DNA of 24,729 nt. Source: an uncultured virus (IMG/VR IMGVR_UViG_3300027884_000001) (lineage: Duplodnaviria; Heunggongvirae; Uroviricota; Caudoviricetes). The stretch lies in IMG/VR virus record IMGVR_UViG_3300027884_000001; one strand, 5' to 3'. The notes under the pieces are model-generated. The model did no database searches, was not told the DNA's origin, and saw nothing but the letters and a program-made list of their open reading frames with translations. This document shows, piece by piece, positions 1-7,328 of this stretch. The position numbers were made by a program, and so were the translations under genes. Each line of letters opens with the position of its first letter. Position 1 is the first letter of the stretch.

Positions 1-116
1 AGACGAGCGAGAGCTACACCACGTCGATGTCGCGGATGTTCGGCGACATGGCTGTCGTGAACGTCGAAGGTTTCGCCAGCCCGCTGGCTCTCACACAGCT
101 TCGACGGCTCGATTGA
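1..116 (+). CDS. 3' end of an upstream hypothetical protein (partial)
   Basis: Frame 3 is open from the window edge (TSESYTTSMSRMFGDMAVVNVEGFASPLALTQLRRLD) to TGA 114-116, with GC-rich third positions. Confidence 0.55.
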   Translation, partial: TSESYTTSMSRMFGDMAVVNVEGFASPLALTQLRRLD

Positions 117-145
117 TCACGCAGTACCCAAGCGCAACTGGAAAG

Positions 146-162
146 CAACCTCAATCTGACAC
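146..162 (+). repeat. 17-nt motif CAACCTCAATCTGACAC in the leader of the 243-aa gene; second copy at 950-966
   Basis: 16/17 identical to CAACCTCAAGCTGACAC at 950-966. GCAGTAC also occurs before both copies (121-127 and 944-950). Confidence 0.85.
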
Positions 163-177
163 GAGGACACGAGGACA

Positions 178-909
178 ATGCCGAAGCTCAACCAGATCAT
201 TGCCGTGGAGAAGGGCATCAAGAACGAGAGCAACGTCGCGATCACGGCGGCGTACCACGAGATTCAGAAGACCGAACCGTTCAGCGGGATCTCGCGCACC
301 TACTCGCCGCTCGACGAGGAGGGCGAGAAGTTTCCGCCCGAGCACAAGAAGGTGCAGAAGCGCGGCGGCGAGATCCTGAAGTTCACCGCCGACACGATGA
401 CCAAGTACTGGGACGTCACGCTCACCAAGGACGCCGCGAACACCACGGCCAAGGGCGACATCGTCGTCGACGGCAAGACGATCGCGACGGACATCCCTGT
501 CACGTTCATGCTGTTTCTCGAGAAGCAGCTCGGCGACCTCGCGACGATGGTCAAGAAGCTGCCCGTGCTCGATCCGGGTGAGTCGTGGAAGCTCGATCCC
601 ACGCAGGACTGCTACGCGACCGAGCCGAACGAGACCGCGAAGACCAAGAAGATCCCCAAGAGCTTCGTCGCGGTCGAGGCGACCAAGGAGCATCCGGCCC
701 AGGCCACCGTTTTCCAGGAAGACGTGCTCGTGGGCAAGTGGAAGACCGTCAAGTACAGCGGTGCGCTTCCCGCCAAGCACATCGCAGAGCTGCTGGAGCG
801 CATCGGCAAGGTGCAGGCAGCCGTCAAGTTTGCCCGGGAAGAAGCCAACAGCATCGCTGTGAGCGAGCGTCACGTTGGCAAGAAGGTGTTCGACTTCATC
901 CTCGGGTGA
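178..909 (+). CDS. Uncharacterised 243-aa protein (MPKLNQIIAVEKG...), candidate partner of the downstream ncRNA
   Basis: GAGGA RBS inside the tandem GACACGAG-GACACGAG-GACA (158-177); strong GC3 codon bias. The N-terminus resembles a widespread bacterial/phage family of unknown function (from recollection, not verified). Confidence 0.9.
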   Translation: MPKLNQIIAVEKGIKNESNVAITAAYHEIQKTEPFSGISRTYSPLDEEGEKFPPEHKKVQKRGGEILKFTADTMTKYWDVTLTKDAANTTAKGDIVVDGKTIATDIPVTFMLFLEKQLGDLATMVKKLPVLDPGESWKLDPTQDCYATEPNETAKTKKIPKSFVAVEATKEHPAQATVFQEDVLVGKWKTVKYSGALPAKHIAELLERIGKVQAAVKFAREEANSIAVSERHVGKKVFDFILG

Positions 910-977
910 GAATCATGGCGAGCGTCCGCGTTCGCCAGCAGGAGCAGTACAACCTCAAGCTGACACTTCACTCTGAC

Positions 978-1092
978 GGCCCTACCTAAACGCGAGGAAC
1001 CTGGTTCGACTCCAGGGGGGCCCGCTCGGTCGACGACCCCATGGTCAGCGGCCGAACGGGCCCTGAGTTCGACGGTAGAACACGCGTGGGCC
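978..1092 (+). ncRNA. Permuted tRNA-like domain 1
   Basis: T-arm CCTGG-TTCGACT-CCAGG (1000-1016); acceptor GGGGCCC 1017-1023 pairs with GGGCCCT 1058-1064 and is closed by a hairpin (1024-1057); D-arm GTTC-GACGGTA-GAAC (1067-1081); anticodon-type stem ACGCG 990-994/CGCGT 1083-1087; outer stem GGCCC 978-982/GGGCC 1088-1092. Confidence 0.85.
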
Positions 1093-1150
1093 ACTCACTC
1101 TCAGGCTCTTACTGCAAGCTCAAAAAGAAGCGCAAGTTGCACGATCGAAT

Positions 1151-1285
1151 GGTCCGGTACGGTACCGAGTAGGCGGCGGTTCAATTCCGTCTGTCCCCTC
1201 CATGCGTACGAGCTAGCTAGCTGGTACGTGTCGAGGGGACATAGCTCAGTTCGTAGAGCGACTCGTCTGACATTGAAACCGGATC
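1151..1285 (+). ncRNA. Permuted tRNA-like domain 2, with internal CCA
   Basis: T-arm GGCGG-TTCAATT-CCGTC (1175-1191); acceptor TGTCCCC 1192-1198 followed by T-CCA 1199-1202, pairing with GGGGACA 1235-1241; TA then D-arm GCTC-AGTTCGTA-GAGC (1244-1259); anticodon-type stem CGAGT 1166-1170/ACTCG 1261-1265; outer stem GGTCCGGT 1151-1158/ACCGGATC 1278-1285. Confidence 0.88.
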
Positions 1286-1335
1286 TCAAGTGGCGCGTGC
1301 GACCGGCAAAAGCGCGATGAAAACATCGATCCGAT

Positions 1336-1359
1336 GGGGGCGGTTGGGTAGCCGCCCCT
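1336..1359 (+). terminator. GC-rich hairpin: possible terminator or 3' stem of the ncRNA
   Basis: GGGGGCGGTT-GGGT-AGCCGCCCCT, 10 bp including G-U pairs; only a weak U-rich tail follows. Confidence 0.5.
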
Positions 1360-1418
1360 GTCACTAACTTCGTCTTCGAGTAGCAAGCCCGCTTGTCAGC
1401 GCAACGGGAGGGTGGTCC

Positions 1419-1910
1419 ATGCAGCCAGTACGTGTCGGTCAACGGTGGAGCGTCCTGAATCTGAGGCACTTCCGCGTCGAATTTCTCGTCGAACGAATCG
1501 CCAACGCGCCCGAGCCACGCGCGTTCGGTCGCTACGTCGGCTCCAAGCGCGACAAGGAGATCTCGTTCACGGTCTCGGCGCTCACCAAGGGACTGCGCGG
1601 CGCGCGGCTGGTGCTCGACGCCGACGGGAGCGTGCCGTACAAGCCGCCCACCGACAAGATCGCCGCGGACCTCGACAACGAAGCCACCGCGAGCGACTTT
1701 CGCCACACGACCAAGCCCAAGGGCTTCGCGACGACGAGCGCGCGCATGGAAGAGGCGTTCCGGATGCGCGAGCAGGGTCTGAAGCCGGCCGAGATCGCAA
1801 AACTGTTCGGCATCAGTCGCTCATTGGTCTCGTCGTGGTGCCAGCGCGTGCAGCAGAAGATCTACGACGACCGTCTGCGGGAGCGGATGGCGAGGAAGAC
1901 GGGAACATGA
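1419..1910 (+). CDS. Protein with C-terminal helix-turn-helix
   Basis: GGAGG upstream; EAFRMREQGLKPAEIAKLFGISRSLVSSW matches an HTH pattern. Confidence 0.8.
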   Translation: MQPVRVGQRWSVLNLRHFRVEFLVERIANAPEPRAFGRYVGSKRDKEISFTVSALTKGLRGARLVLDADGSVPYKPPTDKIAADLDNEATASDFRHTTKPKGFATTSARMEEAFRMREQGLKPAEIAKLFGISRSLVSSWCQRVQQKIYDDRLRERMARKTGT

Positions 1911-2425
1911 AGCGGCACCAGTACAAGGTCGAAGGTTACGACTGTCGCGTGTCGTGTTCGCACACGATCAAGGGCGAGCACGGCATCTGCAGCGAGAAGT
2001 GGATCTACGTCCTGACGCGTGACGATGGCGACGTTGCCATCACGCTGATGGTCAGCTCCGGAATCTACCCGGCAACGGTCACGGATTACGGCCGGGATCC
2101 GCACGGTTCGGACCTGACGCTGCACATCGGCTGGCCGACGACGCGCAACGAGCTACGTCGTGGAGATGCGGCTGGCAGTGAGTGCACGGCCGTGAAACGT
2201 GGCCGATGCTTCGACGCGGAGACGAGGTTCACAACCGCGATCGGCGCTGACGATTTCTGCAAGACGTACTTCGTCAACGGTGCGGGCTACGAGCAGCCGG
2301 AGACGTTCTGGAAGGCGCTCGAAGACAAGTTGGTCGAGTGGTCGAAGTCGGTGCCGCCGGACATCGGTAAGACGTACGAGCGGTGCATGCATTGCGACGG
2401 AACGGGAACGGTGCGCCGTGGATGA
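1907..2425 (+). CDS. Hypothetical protein (172 aa) with a C-terminal CxxCxGxG motif
   Basis: ATGA overlap with the previous stop, so the start is moved from the ORF track's 1412; ends CMHCDGTGTV. Confidence 0.75.
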   Translation: MKRHQYKVEGYDCRVSCSHTIKGEHGICSEKWIYVLTRDDGDVAITLMVSSGIYPATVTDYGRDPHGSDLTLHIGWPTTRNELRRGDAAGSECTAVKRGRCFDAETRFTTAIGADDFCKTYFVNGAGYEQPETFWKALEDKLVEWSKSVPPDIGKTYERCMHCDGTGTVRRG

Positions 2426-3005
2426 CATCATTGACCGCGTAGAAGCGCAGTATGACGACGGTCATGTGGACGTTCGTCTTGCTCGGGAGCTTGTTGCCGA
2501 AGTGAAACGGCTGCGGCGTCGCGAACCGGCAATCGTTCGTCAGCACCCAACGAAGATCCGGCATCAGGTCTCGGAGTTCCACCGCGCGTTCGGTCAGGAC
2601 ATCGCGGACAAGCCTGCGGTGCCGGATGACAAGACCGTCGTTCTGCGCGTGAACCTGATCGCTGAAGAGTTCTGCGAGATGCTCGAGGCGGTCTACGGCG
2701 ACGACGACGGCATCCACGCGATCAGGGAGGCCATCAAACACCAGGTGGTCTACGGCAACATTCGCGTCGACATGGTGGATTTCGCCGACGCGCTCGCTGA
2801 TCTCGACTACGTCATCGAGGGGGCCCGCTTGCAGTTCGGGATCGATGGCGCGCCGATCGCGGCCGAGGTGCACCGCAGCAACATGGCCAAGCTGGGTCCC
2901 GACGGCAAGCCGATCATCCGTGAGGACGGTAAACGTCTGAAGCCGCCTGGCTGGACGCCGCCAGACATCGCGGGCGAGCTGCGCAAGCAGGGCTGGGGCG
3001 GCTGA
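2418..3005 (+). CDS. MazG/PRA-PH-like all-alpha nucleotide pyrophosphohydrolase
   Basis: Motifs VSEFHRAFG, LIAEEFCEMLEA, DALADLDYV, EVHRSNMAK, REDGKxLKPxGW; GTG start overlaps the previous gene. Confidence 0.85.
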   Translation: MDDIIDRVEAQYDDGHVDVRLARELVAEVKRLRRREPAIVRQHPTKIRHQVSEFHRAFGQDIADKPAVPDDKTVVLRVNLIAEEFCEMLEAVYGDDDGIHAIREAIKHQVVYGNIRVDMVDFADALADLDYVIEGARLQFGIDGAPIAAEVHRSNMAKLGPDGKPIIREDGKRLKPPGWTPPDIAGELRKQGWGG

Positions 3006-3481
3006 TGGGTTCGATCTTCATCATCTGGGACGGTGGCTACTCCGACAGGAGCGTCGAGGGCGCGTTTTCGACGCGCGAAAAGGCCGAAGCGTTCCTGAAG
3101 CGCTTCTTTCCTGGCACCAGCAACACATGCCGTGACATCCAGGAGTTTCCGATCGACGTGTTCGAGGATCAGGAGTGGCCACCGGGCCGATCATGGCTCA
3201 TCACGGTCCGTCCAGCGCCGCCGCATCGGCCCGAGGTCGGCCCGTACAACTACGCGAGCCTTGGGTATCAGCCACTCACTGGCGATCCGGTCGTGCTGCG
3301 ACCCGACGAGTGTACGCGCGCATGGGAGTCGTTCGACTACGGCAACGTGATCGCGTGGCGTGCGCGGTTCTGGGGCACGGACGTCGAGGGAAAAGCGTTT
3401 GGCGAAGCGAAGCTCGTCGAGGAGCGCGCAAAACTGCCGCCGGGCGCGTTAGGACAGTCGTACACAGGGAGAAAATCATGA
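3005..3481 (+). CDS. Hypothetical phage protein
   Basis: TGATG coupling; the N-terminal GxYSD...GAFSTREKAE pattern is common in small phage proteins. Confidence 0.75.
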   Translation: MGSIFIIWDGGYSDRSVEGAFSTREKAEAFLKRFFPGTSNTCRDIQEFPIDVFEDQEWPPGRSWLITVRPAPPHRPEVGPYNYASLGYQPLTGDPVVLRPDECTRAWESFDYGNVIAWRARFWGTDVEGKAFGEAKLVEERAKLPPGALGQSYTGRKS

Positions 3482-3966
3482 ACCCGTTCCGACAAAACGA
3501 CCCGCCCGTGGTGAACAAGACCGAGATCGAGCTGGCTCGCATCCGCGAGCGCGAAGAGACCAAGCGGCAGCAGACAGCGGCGAGAGAGAAGACCAAGCAG
3601 GTCGTCAAGGGCACCGACGGCTACTGGATCGTGCGCGGCATGGCCATCGTGGCCGCTGCGCTCACGACGCTCATCGTGAGCATCGCGTACTACAACGTGC
3701 AGTCCGATCGTGTTCGTGCGGAGCACCCGCAAAGCGGCTGCGTGGAGACCTCGGAGATCATCACGAACACCACCGCGGGGCGCGCGTGCGCGAACGGTGG
3801 ATGGTTTGAGGCGACGCCAACCGACCAGGTAGGGTCGATGCTGATCCGCTGCCACTGCGGACCGAAGCCGGCGGCGTCGAACGGTCCATCGACCACGTCC
3901 GTCGTCGTCGGTCGTGGTGAGACCGGTGGAAGTATTACGGTGACGCCGAGCGCGAGCGCGCCATGA
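3478..3966 (+). CDS. Single-pass membrane protein (162 aa)
   Basis: ATGA overlap; charged helical segment, hydrophobic stretch MAIVAAALTTLIVSIAYY, then a Cys-containing domain. Confidence 0.75.
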   Translation: MNPFRQNDPPVVNKTEIELARIREREETKRQQTAAREKTKQVVKGTDGYWIVRGMAIVAAALTTLIVSIAYYNVQSDRVRAEHPQSGCVETSEIITNTTAGRACANGGWFEATPTDQVGSMLIRCHCGPKPAASNGPSTTSVVVGRGETGGSITVTPSASAP

Positions 3967-4172
3967 CGACACAGGTCACCAGGGCGCGCTTCTACGAGGT
4001 CATCGTCAAGGTCGTCGTCTGCAGCGATGGCGTCGCGAGGGCGGCCCAGGACGTCGAGCGCTGGCTGGGCACGAAACCGATGAACCCAGGCTTCGAACCT
4101 CGCAGCGTTCGCGTCCTAGGTGCCAAGGACATCGACGACCAGATCATGGGCGGGAAGGCGTCAGAGCCGTGA
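3963..4172 (+). CDS. Hypothetical protein (69 aa)
   Basis: 4-nt start/stop overlaps on both sides. Confidence 0.7.
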   Translation: MTTQVTRARFYEVIVKVVVCSDGVARAAQDVERWLGTKPMNPGFEPRSVRVLGAKDIDDQIMGGKASEP

Positions 4173-4363
4173 GCTACCTCATCGAGCGCGACTGCGCGTC
4201 CAACAACGCCAAGACGCTCTACCCTGTCGCCATCCCTGGCTACGCCAAGACGCGGCGATCTGGACCCAAGCCTCTGCACCTCTACATGTCGCTCGCGCAG
4301 CTGAAGGTGCTGCGTGCGAACGCAGCCAAAGCCATCCTCAAGGCGCAAGCGAACGATCAATGA
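4169..4363 (+). CDS. Hypothetical protein (64 aa)
   Basis: GTGA and ATGA overlaps with neighbours. Confidence 0.65.
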   Translation: MSYLIERDCASNNAKTLYPVAIPGYAKTRRSGPKPLHLYMSLAQLKVLRANAAKAILKAQANDQ

Positions 4364-4605
4364 ACATCGTCTGGCACCACGAGCTATCCGAGGCCGAACA
4401 CCTTGGCTTCCTGCTGCGCGTGCAGTCCACCGCTAGTCCTCGGCGGTGGCGTTGGTACGTCACGACGCAGGCCGAAGTGAAGAAGCCGTACAACTCGAAG
4501 TACATGGCGGCGAAGGCGACGGGTTTTTCAGCGACCTTCGAGGACGCGCAGCGCGACGCGGTGGCGATGGCCGAGGCGATGCACAAGGACAAGGGGTCCA
4601 CATGA
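4360..4605 (+). CDS. Hypothetical protein (81 aa, MNIVWHHE...)
   Basis: ATGA overlaps on both sides. Confidence 0.7.
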   Translation: MNIVWHHELSEAEHLGFLLRVQSTASPRRWRWYVTTQAEVKKPYNSKYMAAKATGFSATFEDAQRDAVAMAEAMHKDKGST

Positions 4606-4811
4606 GTCGCGACTCTGGCAACTGCCCGTTCTGCGGCCTGCTCGTCATCAAGGACGACGAGGCGCAAGCGATCCTGCACGAGTCGCCCGTGTGCGCGAAG
4701 TTCAGCGAGATGGCGAGCAAAGGCAATCCGGACATCGAGATGGTGCCAGAGCAAGACGTCGAGAAGTACTTCGACAACACGGCCGAGAAGGTCAGGAAGG
4801 CGCGATCGTGA
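4602..4811 (+). CDS. Small putative Zn-binding protein (69 aa)
   Basis: CPFCG...HESPVC; ATGA overlap. Confidence 0.7.
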   Translation: MSRDSGNCPFCGLLVIKDDEAQAILHESPVCAKFSEMASKGNPDIEMVPEQDVEKYFDNTAEKVRKARS

Positions 4812-5728
4812 ACGCGCCGTCGGTAACAACGAGCCAGGTGGCTGCGAGGCCATGGTGCAAATGGGTGGGAGGTAAGACGCAGCTTCTGCCGGAGCTGCGC
4901 AAGCACGTGCCGGCGAACTGGACGTCACTCGACGAGCGTGGCGTGCACACTCCAGGACGGTACTTCGAGCCGTTCGTGGGTGGCGGCGCGCTGTTCTTCG
5001 ACCTAGCTGCCAAAGGCCGTTTCGCAGGCATCTCGGACGGTGCCACGTTGTCGGACAACAACGAGCTGCTGGTCATGACGTACCGCGCGATCCGCGATCA
5101 CGTGTACTCGCTCATCCTGACGTTGCGTGAACACGAGAAGCAGTACCTGAGCACCGACGATCAGCTGAAGCGGTTGGACTACTATCTGAGCGTGCGCGCC
5201 GCGATGGGTACGCCTGGCAATTACGGCGACCCCGTCCAGGAAGCTGCGCGGTTCATCGTGACCAACAAAACGGGTTACAACGGCCTATTCAGGGTGAACG
5301 CGTCCGGCAAGTATAACGTCCCGCACGGACGCTACACGAACCCCAAGATCAGCGACGACGAAAACCTCGTCGCGTGCTCGCGGGCCCTGCATGGCGTCGA
5401 CATACGGCACCAGGACTTCGTCGAAACGATGTCGCTCGCACGCGAAGGCGACTTCATGTACTGCGACCCGCCGTACGTCCCTGTCAGCGCGACCTCGGAC
5501 TTCACCTCGTACACCGCGGGCAAGTTCGGCATGGAAGACCAGACGCGTCTTCGCGACATGGCGTGGCTTCTCAAGCAGCGCGGCGTCCACGTACTGCTCT
5601 CGAACGCCGACGTCCCGATGGTGCGCGAGCTGTACAAGGACTTCGAGATCCACGCGGTGCAGGCCAAGCGCAACATCAACAGCGACGCTTCGAAGCGAGG
5701 CAAGGTAGGGGAGGTCTTGATCAAATGA
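4808..5728 (+). CDS. dam: Dam-family (D12 class) DNA N6-adenine methyltransferase
   Basis: KWVGGKTQL, YFEPFVGGGALFF (SAM binding), YNGLFRVN, catalytic DPPY, FTSYT; GTGA overlap start. Target specificity not established. Confidence 0.93.
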   Translation: MNAPSVTTSQVAARPWCKWVGGKTQLLPELRKHVPANWTSLDERGVHTPGRYFEPFVGGGALFFDLAAKGRFAGISDGATLSDNNELLVMTYRAIRDHVYSLILTLREHEKQYLSTDDQLKRLDYYLSVRAAMGTPGNYGDPVQEAARFIVTNKTGYNGLFRVNASGKYNVPHGRYTNPKISDDENLVACSRALHGVDIRHQDFVETMSLAREGDFMYCDPPYVPVSATSDFTSYTAGKFGMEDQTRLRDMAWLLKQRGVHVLLSNADVPMVRELYKDFEIHAVQAKRNINSDASKRGKVGEVLIK

Positions 5729-5756
5729 TCTGCATGATGATGGCGACGAGGACGTC

Positions 5757-5939
5757 ATGGTGAAGGATCCAGTGAAACGAGCTGCCTACTTTTCGGCATG
5801 GCGAGCGAAACGAAAAGCCGCTGGCCTGTGCACGGCTCATGGCACGAAGATGCCAAATTGTGTCGTGTGCAAGGAAAAAGGTAAACAACACCAATTGAAG
5901 CAACAGACACGGTCGGACGAGCATAGGGACGCAGCATGA
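5757..5939 (+). CDS. Small basic Cys/His protein (60 aa)
   Basis: GAGGA RBS; RKAAGLCTAHG...CVVC; ATGA overlap with the next gene. Confidence 0.6.
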   Translation: MVKDPVKRAAYFSAWRAKRKAAGLCTAHGTKMPNCVVCKEKGKQHQLKQQTRSDEHRDAA

Positions 5940-6523
5940 AATACTTCTTCGACACAGAATTCATCGAGGACGGCAGCACGATCGACCTCATCTCCTTCGG
6001 TATCGTCGCCGAGGACGGACGCGAGCTGTACGCATGCAACCAGGAAGCGCGTCTGGATCGCGCGAACGACTGGGTGCGTGCGAACGTGCTGCCGAAGCTG
6101 CCGCCATACGGGGACAAGGCATGGATGCGGCGCGACCAGATCCGAGACGAGCTTCTGGCGCTCACTGGAGCGTGGCCGTCGTCGTGGCCCATTCGCTCGT
6201 CAGTCGATCTCGTGGATAACGTCGATCGGGACGTGCAATTTTTCGCGTACTACGCCGACTACGACTGGGTCGCGCTCTGCCAGCTTTTCGGAAGGATGAT
6301 CGATCTGCCGAAGCACTTCCCGATGTGGTGCAGAGATCTGAAACAGCTATCGATGGATGTCGGCGACCCGAAGCACCCGAAGCAGCGCGAAGACAAGGCG
6401 CACAACGCGCTCGAGGACGCGCGGTATGCCCAGGAGCTGTACGGCTTCCTGATGAAACACAAGACGGCCGTGGAGACGCACGCGGTCGAGGCGGCGCTCG
6501 AGAGAGCACGGAGGTCGACGTGA
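5936..6523 (+). CDS. DEDDh 3'-5' exoribonuclease, RNase AS/Rv2179c-like
   Basis: YFFDTEFIEDG, LISFGIVAEDGRELY, YYADYDWVALCQLFG, HNALEDAR. Confidence 0.88.
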   Translation: MKYFFDTEFIEDGSTIDLISFGIVAEDGRELYACNQEARLDRANDWVRANVLPKLPPYGDKAWMRRDQIRDELLALTGAWPSSWPIRSSVDLVDNVDRDVQFFAYYADYDWVALCQLFGRMIDLPKHFPMWCRDLKQLSMDVGDPKHPKQREDKAHNALEDARYAQELYGFLMKHKTAVETHAVEAALERARRST

Positions 6524-6936
6524 AGGTCTATGTGGCCGGCGCCTCCGCTGAACGCGGCGAGGTCTCCAAGTACATGCAGCTACTGCGCGACGCCGGCATC
6601 GAGATCACGCTCGACTGGATCGCGGTCATCGACGCTCAGGGCGGCGCGGCCAACGAAGGGATGACCGGGGTGCAGCGGCACAAAGCTGCGAAAGATGACC
6701 TCAAGGGTGTCTCGGACGCGGACATCGTCTGGCTCATCGTACCGAACAACTACAGCGCGGGCGCGTGGGTCGAGCTTGGCTACGCGCTCGGCATCGACAA
6801 GACCGTCATCGCGAGCGGCAACTACGAGCGCAGCATCTTCACGAGCCACTGCGACTGCGAGTTCACGCTCCATGACGACGCGCTCGCGTGGATCATTGAT
6901 TTTGCCAAGCAAGCGGCGCGGGAGGAGACGCCGTGA
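6520..6936 (+). CDS. Nucleoside 2-deoxyribosyltransferase / nucleotide N-glycosidase-like protein
   Basis: KVYVAG, DLKGVSDADIV, SAGAWVELGYA (catalytic Glu pattern); GGAGG RBS and GTGA overlap. Confidence 0.8.
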   Translation: MKVYVAGASAERGEVSKYMQLLRDAGIEITLDWIAVIDAQGGAANEGMTGVQRHKAAKDDLKGVSDADIVWLIVPNNYSAGAWVELGYALGIDKTVIASGNYERSIFTSHCDCEFTLHDDALAWIIDFAKQAAREETP

Positions 6937-7304
6937 CCTATACCTTCGTGCGTAACAACAACAAGGGTCGCGCCGTGTTCGTGTCCGAGCCGTTCAATAA
7001 GGGCGAGACGATCGAGGTCTGCCACATTCTCGTCGTCGATGACGACTTCTGGATGCTGCGGCGACGAAAGACGCCGTTCGATCCGTACGTCTACTGGTTC
7101 GACAAGAAAGCGGTCATCGCGCTCGGTCACGGGTCGCTCTACAACCACTCGTACACGCCGAACGCGAGCTGGACCTGCCGCAAGTCGTCGCAGACGATCC
7201 GGTTCTTCGCGCTCCGAGACATCCAGGCGTGCGAAGAGATCACGATCAACTACAACGGGTCGCCGAAGAGTAAGGCGCCCATGGACTTCGAGGTGCTGAC
7301 ATGA
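6933..7304 (+). CDS. Stand-alone SET-domain protein (putative lysine methyltransferase)
   Basis: KGRAVF, GSLYNHSYTPNA, ALRDIQACEEITINY correspond to SET motifs GxGxF (degenerate), NHSxxPN and EEITxxY. Confidence 0.88.
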   Translation: MTYTFVRNNNKGRAVFVSEPFNKGETIEVCHILVVDDDFWMLRRRKTPFDPYVYWFDKKAVIALGHGSLYNHSYTPNASWTCRKSSQTIRFFALRDIQACEEITINYNGSPKSKAPMDFEVLT

Positions 7305-7328
7305 TGGACGCAACAGGAGGACTGAGAC

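Larger units (their letters stand above)
916..1359 (+). ncRNA. Putative ~450-nt structured ncRNA with two permuted tRNA-like domains
   Basis: Intergenic gap of about 500 nt in an otherwise packed genome. Starts with a 9-bp UCCG hairpin (916-937), contains two cloverleaves and ends with a 10-bp hairpin (1336-1359). Ends are inferred. Confidence 0.75.

Noticed and set aside
1058..1202. A conventional or intron-containing tRNA made from the 5' half of domain 1 and the 3' half of domain 2
   Set aside because: The acceptor strands (GGGCCCT vs TGTCCCC) and anticodon strands (CGCGT vs CGAGT) do not pair fully across domains; each half pairs cleanly only with its upstream partner.
938..1285. Permuted two-piece tmRNA
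   Set aside because: Both domains have G3-C70 rather than the G3-U70 alanine determinant and have real D stems. The short frame AGAVQPQADTSL does not end like a degradation tag.
121..1291. CRISPR array
   Set aside because: Only two copies of the 17-mer about 800 nt apart, no regular repeat-spacer period, and no cas gene in the window.
870..1706. Minus-strand ORFs 870-1094 and 1101-1706 as genes
   Set aside because: No recognisable motifs; they overlap convincing + strand genes and the structured RNA.
4808..5728. Restriction-modification system
   Set aside because: No cognate restriction endonuclease is adjacent; it looks like an orphan methyltransferase.
5725..5763. Mini-ORF MICMMMATRTSW coupled to the methyltransferase stop
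   Set aside because: Only 12 codons with no support beyond an ATGA overlap; the RBS-bearing start at 5757 explains the region.
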